From Planctomycetota bacterium (GTDB taxonomy: Bacteria; Planctomycetota; JAJSAM01; JAJVHW01): a DNA stretch of 64,000 bases. The notes under the pieces are model-generated. The model did not search any database, had not been told where the DNA came from, and worked only from the letters and a program-made list of their open reading frames with translations. Position 1 is the first letter of the stretch. Each line of letters starts with the position of its first letter. The stretch is taken from the NCBI GenBank assembly GCA_965248445.1, contig CBDFJG010000004.1, positions 1,952,001 through 2,016,000 on the forward strand, in the 5' to 3' direction. This document shows, in pieces, positions 59,677 to 64,000 of this stretch. A program made the position numbers and the translations under genes.

Positions 59677-60726
59677 GTGACGACCTCACCGCTTCCTGAC
59701 GATTTCGATCCCGCTTCCGCCGGTTCCGGGGACGGCCTGTTCGGGCTGCCCACGTCTCCGGAGGACAGCCACGTGATCGTTGTCCCGGTCCCCTGGGAGG
59801 CGACGGTGTCGTACGGCAGCGGCGCCGCGGACGGACCTGCGGCCGTGTTCGCTGCGAGCGTGCAGATCGACCTCTTCGACGCCGAGATCGGCCGCCCCTA
59901 CGAGCGCGGAATAGCCATGTTGCCTCTCGAGGCGTCCGACGAGGTCCGCGCGTGGAGCGATCAGGCGCAGCGCGCGGCGGCACCGGTGATCGCCGCCGGC
60001 GGACCCGGCGACGACCCGGCACTGCACACGGCAGTGGAGCGCGTCAACGGTGTCTCCGAGCAGATGAACGGCTGGGTACGCGAGCGCGTGGCCCAGTGGA
60101 TGGCGAAGGGCCGCACTGTGTTCCTGCTCGGCGGCGATCACTCCACGCCGTTCGGAGCGATCGCCGCGCACGCCGACGCGTACCCGGGTCTCGGAATCCT
60201 GCACCTCGACGCGCACTACGATCTTCGGCCGGCGTACGAGGGGTTCACTTGGTCGCATGCGTCGATCATGCGGAACGTCCTCGACCGCGTGCCCGGTGTG
60301 GAGCGCATCGTCCATGTCGGTGTTCGCGACTTCGCCGAGGAGGAGCACACGGCCAGTCGCGCGGAGCCGCGCTCGACCGCGTTCCCTGACCGGCTCCTGC
60401 GCCGCCGCATGCAGTCGGGCGAGTGCTGGGCTGACATCGCGGACGCGATCGTCGCGCGACTCCCCGAGAAGGTGTACCTGAGCTTCGACATCGACGGACT
60501 CGACCCCGTGCTCTGTCCGGGCACCGGAACACCCGTCCCCGGCGGTCTCTCGTGGGACGAGATCGTCTCGCTCATGGCCGCCGTGGTCGAGAGCGGCCGC
60601 GAGATCGTCGGCGGCGACCTCGTCGAGGTCGCGCCGCAGGACGGCGACGGCGAGTGGAACGCCAACGTCGGCGCGCGCCTTCTCTACAAGATGCTGGGTT
60701 TCTGCCTGCTGTCTCGAAAGTCGTAG
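59677..60726 (+). CDS. speB: agmatinase/ureohydrolase family protein
   Basis: GGDHS, HLDAHYD, SFDIDGLDP, PGTGTPVPGG, DLVEV. Confidence 0.9.
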   Translation: MTTSPLPDDFDPASAGSGDGLFGLPTSPEDSHVIVVPVPWEATVSYGSGAADGPAAVFAASVQIDLFDAEIGRPYERGIAMLPLEASDEVRAWSDQAQRAAAPVIAAGGPGDDPALHTAVERVNGVSEQMNGWVRERVAQWMAKGRTVFLLGGDHSTPFGAIAAHADAYPGLGILHLDAHYDLRPAYEGFTWSHASIMRNVLDRVPGVERIVHVGVRDFAEEEHTASRAEPRSTAFPDRLLRRRMQSGECWADIADAIVARLPEKVYLSFDIDGLDPVLCPGTGTPVPGGLSWDEIVSLMAAVVESGREIVGGDLVEVAPQDGDGEWNANVGARLLYKMLGFCLLSRKS

Positions 60727-60763
60727 GACGCCCCCTCCCGGCGGGCTCCCGTACCCTGGCCGC

Positions 60764-62077
60764 ATGCTCCGCGCTGCGTTGCTGGTGCTCCTTCTCTGTG
60801 CGCCGCTCGCGTACGCGCAGGACGAGCCTGAGCCCGTCGATCGCGCGGAGATCGAGAAGCGCATCCAGCAGATTCGCGAGAGCGAACGTCACGACTTGCG
60901 CCGTGCCGCCGCGAAGAAGGCCGTGGTCGGGGTTTCCGAAGAGGAGTTGCTCGCGATCGTGCGGGACGGGAGCGCGTTCGAGGCGGTCGAGTCCGGACGC
61001 CACAACATGCGGGTTCTAAGCGCCCGTGGACGCATCACGATGACTCCCATGTTCGTCCCGAGCGGTTACACGCCGGAGACTCCCGTCCCGCTGCTGCTCG
61101 CGTTGCACGGCGCCGGTGGGAACGGCAACTCCCTGCTCCCGATGTGGCAGGAGGCCGCGGAGGAACTGGGCATGATCGTGCTCGCGCCGAATGCGGGCCG
61201 TGTGAACGAGGGCTACACGTTCGGTGCGGGCGAGCGGAACATGACGCTCGCTGCGGTGCGTACAGCGCGCCGCGACTTCAACATCGACGAGAACCGCATT
61301 CACGTGACGGGCATCTCGCGGGGCGGGCACCTCGCGTGGGACCTGATCCTGCGCTTCCCGGACCTGTGGGCCTCGGCGACTCCCATGATCGGCGGGCCGC
61401 GGTTGAGCTTCTCGCGCGGGGAGAACAACACGCGCTTCGTCGAGAACATCACCGGTCTCACCATCCGCGATCTCCAGGGGGCCAAGGACGATCCCCGGCT
61501 CGTCGCCAGTCTGCGGATGATGTTCGCGCGACTCGAGGAGCTCGGCGCGCGCGACGCCCGGCTGGTCGAGTTCCCGGAGATGGGGCACGAGTTCCAGTTC
61601 GGCGCGATCAGGTGGCCCTTGTTCCTCGCGAAGCCGGTGCGCGATCCCCTGCCGCAGAAGGTCGTGCGCCGGGTCGCGCTGCCGCAGGAGGGGCGCGCGT
61701 TCTGGATCGAAGTTCTGAAGGTGGACCGCAGCGTGCGCGACGTGCTGCGTCCCGAGGTCAATCCAAAGAAGTGGGCCGCGATGGGCGAGTCCGAACAGCG
61801 GGCCGAGGTCTTCCGGCAGGCCGAGGGGCTGACCGCACGCATCGAAGCCGAGATCACGGGTGTCGGCGAGTTCACGGTCCGCACGAAGCTCGTCAAGTCG
61901 TTCCGCATCCTGCTGGACCGTTCGATGTTCGATCCCGAGAAGCCGGTGGTCGTGACCGTGAACGGCCGCAAGCATCGCAAGGTCGTCAAGGTGGATGTCG
62001 CCGTGCTGGCCCAGGACATCGCCGAGAGGCACGACCGGACGTTCCTGCCGGTGGCCGAAGTCGTGCTGCGGCCGTGA
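60764..62077 (+). CDS. secreted alpha/beta hydrolase (esterase/PHB-depolymerase-like)
   Basis: Signal peptide; PLLLALHGAGG, GISRGG, QGAKD, GH. Confidence 0.85.
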   Translation: MLRAALLVLLLCAPLAYAQDEPEPVDRAEIEKRIQQIRESERHDLRRAAAKKAVVGVSEEELLAIVRDGSAFEAVESGRHNMRVLSARGRITMTPMFVPSGYTPETPVPLLLALHGAGGNGNSLLPMWQEAAEELGMIVLAPNAGRVNEGYTFGAGERNMTLAAVRTARRDFNIDENRIHVTGISRGGHLAWDLILRFPDLWASATPMIGGPRLSFSRGENNTRFVENITGLTIRDLQGAKDDPRLVASLRMMFARLEELGARDARLVEFPEMGHEFQFGAIRWPLFLAKPVRDPLPQKVVRRVALPQEGRAFWIEVLKVDRSVRDVLRPEVNPKKWAAMGESEQRAEVFRQAEGLTARIEAEITGVGEFTVRTKLVKSFRILLDRSMFDPEKPVVVTVNGRKHRKVVKVDVAVLAQDIAERHDRTFLPVAEVVLRP

Positions 62078-62204
62078 GGGAGCGGCCCGCGCAGATCAGC
62101 GCGCGGTCCGATCACACATGCCCGGAGACAACGACTCGGCATGAACGAGCAGGGCGCGCGTCGATGGGGGTTTCCGGCCCGGCATCCCGGGTATCCTCCC
62201 GCCC

Positions 62205-63734
62205 GTGGCCCGCATCGTCCTACCCGAGTTCCTCTGCCGGTATGCCGGTGACGTTTCGGCACACACCGTCGCGGCGGAGAACGTGCGGTCTTTGCTCTCG
62301 GGACTCGCGGGCCGGCACGAGGAGTTGGGCTCACGGCTGTTCGACGACTCAGGCGCGTTCCACGGACATCTCCTGCTCACCCTGAACGGGGAGCAACTCA
62401 CGAACGACGACTTGGATCGCACGGTGTCGGACTCGGATGTCGTCGAGATCGTCGCAGCGCTGGTTGGCGGCGGCGCGGACGACGTGCGGATGCGTGGCTT
62501 CCGGGTCCGGACGCCGGTCGCGGAGGCCCGCGCCGTCGCGCTGGCGGACGCCTCGCCGCTGCCGGCGGAGGAGGTCGGGCTCGACGCGGCCGCCTGGCGC
62601 GTGCTCGCGGAGGAGGCTACCTCCGGTGTCGACGTGCCGCCGTGCAGGCGCTCGGCGATGGACGGTTACGCCGTCCGTGCGGAAGACACGTTCGGCGCGA
62701 CCCTGATGGCGTCGCTGCCTCTGGCCGTGATCGGCGAATCGATGCCGGGTCAGCAGTGCAACCTGGACGTCAGCGCGGGTCAGGCATGCCGCATCATGAC
62801 CGGCGCCCCGGTGCCCGCGGGAGCCGACGCCGTGCTCCCCGCGGAGAGCGCGCGGGAGGTGGGAGACGCCGTCGAGGCGACTGCGCCCGTCACGCCGGGC
62901 AAGAACGTCGGTGGCGTCGGAGAGGACATTCGCAACGGCGACGTCGTGCTGCGTCGCGGTCGCCGACTCCGTCCGCAGGACATCGGAGTGCTCGCGAGCA
63001 TCGGTCGCGGCCGCCTCCAAGTCGTCCGCGGTCCGCGAGTGCGCATCCTGGTCACGGGCGATGAACTCCTCGAGCCCGGCGAGTCGCCGCGAGGCGTACG
63101 GATCGTCGACAGCAACTCGCCCATGCTGCGCGCACTCGTCGAACGGGACGGCGGCGTCGTGATCGAGCGCATCCACGTGCGCGACGACGCCGCTGCGCTG
63201 ACACAAGCTCTGACTCTGCCCGGTGCTGACGTGCTGATCACCACCGGCGCGACGTCGGTGGGCCGTGAGGATGTCCTCCCGATCCTGGTCAGCGAACTGG
63301 GAGAACTGCTCGTCCACGGCATCGCCATGCGCCCCGCGGCTCCGACCGGCCTGGGGCGCATCGGAACCACGCGCGTCTTCCTGTTGCCCGGCAATCCGGT
63401 CTCGTGTCTTTCGGCGTACGACTTCTTCGCCGGGCCGTGCATCCGCGTTCTGGCGGGACTGCCTGCGGACTGGCCGTACGGCTGCGCACGCCTGCCTCTT
63501 GCGCAGCGGATCACGTCTGCGCTCGGGCGCACGGACTACGTGCGGGTGCGCATCGCAGCCGGCGGGGTGGTGCCGATCGCGACGAGCGGAGCGTCCGTGC
63601 TCACGTCGACCACCCGTGCGCACGGTTTTGCCGTCGTCGCCGCGGAGTCCGAAGGCCACGGGGAGGGTACGGAGGTAGACGTGCACCTCTACGACGCGTG
63701 GACGTTCGACCCCGGAGCGGGCGCGACCTCATGA
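62205..63734 (+). CDS. moeA: MoaD/ThiS-like domain fused to molybdopterin molybdotransferase MoeA
   Basis: N-terminal beta-grasp ending AALVGG; then SAMDGYA, IMTGA, TGDEL, DSN, GLG..LPGNPVS. Confidence 0.9.
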   Translation: MARIVLPEFLCRYAGDVSAHTVAAENVRSLLSGLAGRHEELGSRLFDDSGAFHGHLLLTLNGEQLTNDDLDRTVSDSDVVEIVAALVGGGADDVRMRGFRVRTPVAEARAVALADASPLPAEEVGLDAAAWRVLAEEATSGVDVPPCRRSAMDGYAVRAEDTFGATLMASLPLAVIGESMPGQQCNLDVSAGQACRIMTGAPVPAGADAVLPAESAREVGDAVEATAPVTPGKNVGGVGEDIRNGDVVLRRGRRLRPQDIGVLASIGRGRLQVVRGPRVRILVTGDELLEPGESPRGVRIVDSNSPMLRALVERDGGVVIERIHVRDDAAALTQALTLPGADVLITTGATSVGREDVLPILVSELGELLVHGIAMRPAAPTGLGRIGTTRVFLLPGNPVSCLSAYDFFAGPCIRVLAGLPADWPYGCARLPLAQRITSALGRTDYVRVRIAAGGVVPIATSGASVLTSTTRAHGFAVVAAESEGHGEGTEVDVHLYDAWTFDPGAGATS

Positions 63735-64000
63735 GTCAGGACCAGTTCTTGGACGTGCTGGAGGTGGACGAGGCGCACCGGCGCATTGCGGCCGCGACGC
63801 CCCATCTCTCCCCGCGCGTCGAGATCGTGCCGCTCGCCGAAGCGCTCGGACGCGTGCTGGCCGAAGACGTGCGGTCCGCCGTGGACGTCCCCGGGTTCGA
63901 CCGCAGCAACGTGGACGGGTTCGCCGTTCGGGCGAGCGACACCTTCGGAGCCGGCGAACTCCACCCGGTCGTGCTCGCGGTCGAGGAAGTGCGCATCGCC
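63731..64000 (+). CDS. moeA: second MoeA-family protein, 5' part (runs off window)
   Basis: ATGA-coupled; MSQDQFLDV...ALGRVLAEDV...DVPGFDRSNVDGFAV. Confidence 0.85.
   Translation, partial: MSQDQFLDVLEVDEAHRRIAAATPHLSPRVEIVPLAEALGRVLAEDVRSAVDVPGFDRSNVDGFAVRASDTFGAGELHPVVLAVEEVRIA

Overview
High-GC bacterial DNA. The gene content (DUF1570-like, HEAT and alpha/beta-hydrolase secreted proteins, FGE-sulfatase) suggests Planctomycetota, but this is an inference. Positions ~1-42.2 kb form a heavily rearranged accessory region. It contains a phage-like block (C5 DNA methyltransferase, frameshifted serine recombinase, Cas2/SinR-like small protein), a minus-strand cluster of secreted proteins around a Sec-exported RHS protein with an HExxH C-terminal domain, a transglutaminase/EHP-repeat module and a HupE/UreJ module. 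It also carries many IS elements: nested IS66s, two IS110s, two inverted IS3 copies flanking an inverted gene fragment, IS1380, and an internally deleted IS5. The best finding is an intact IS110 (20655-22281) whose bridge RNA can be read from the sequence. All four guide segments match its actual junctions, and its programmed target is the non-coding left end of a second, different IS110. A tRNA-Pro 3' fragment with tandem repeats on both sides looks like a stranded attP. After tRNA-Gly (42165-42239) the window is mostly core-like: GT4, Ski2-like helicase, PHP hydrolase, IPT/TIG protein, homocysteine methyltransferase/MTHFR, an atypical large GlmS, agmatinase, a MoaD-MoeA fusion and a second MoeA. 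No CRISPR array was seen. All calls come from reading motifs by eye; no searches were run.
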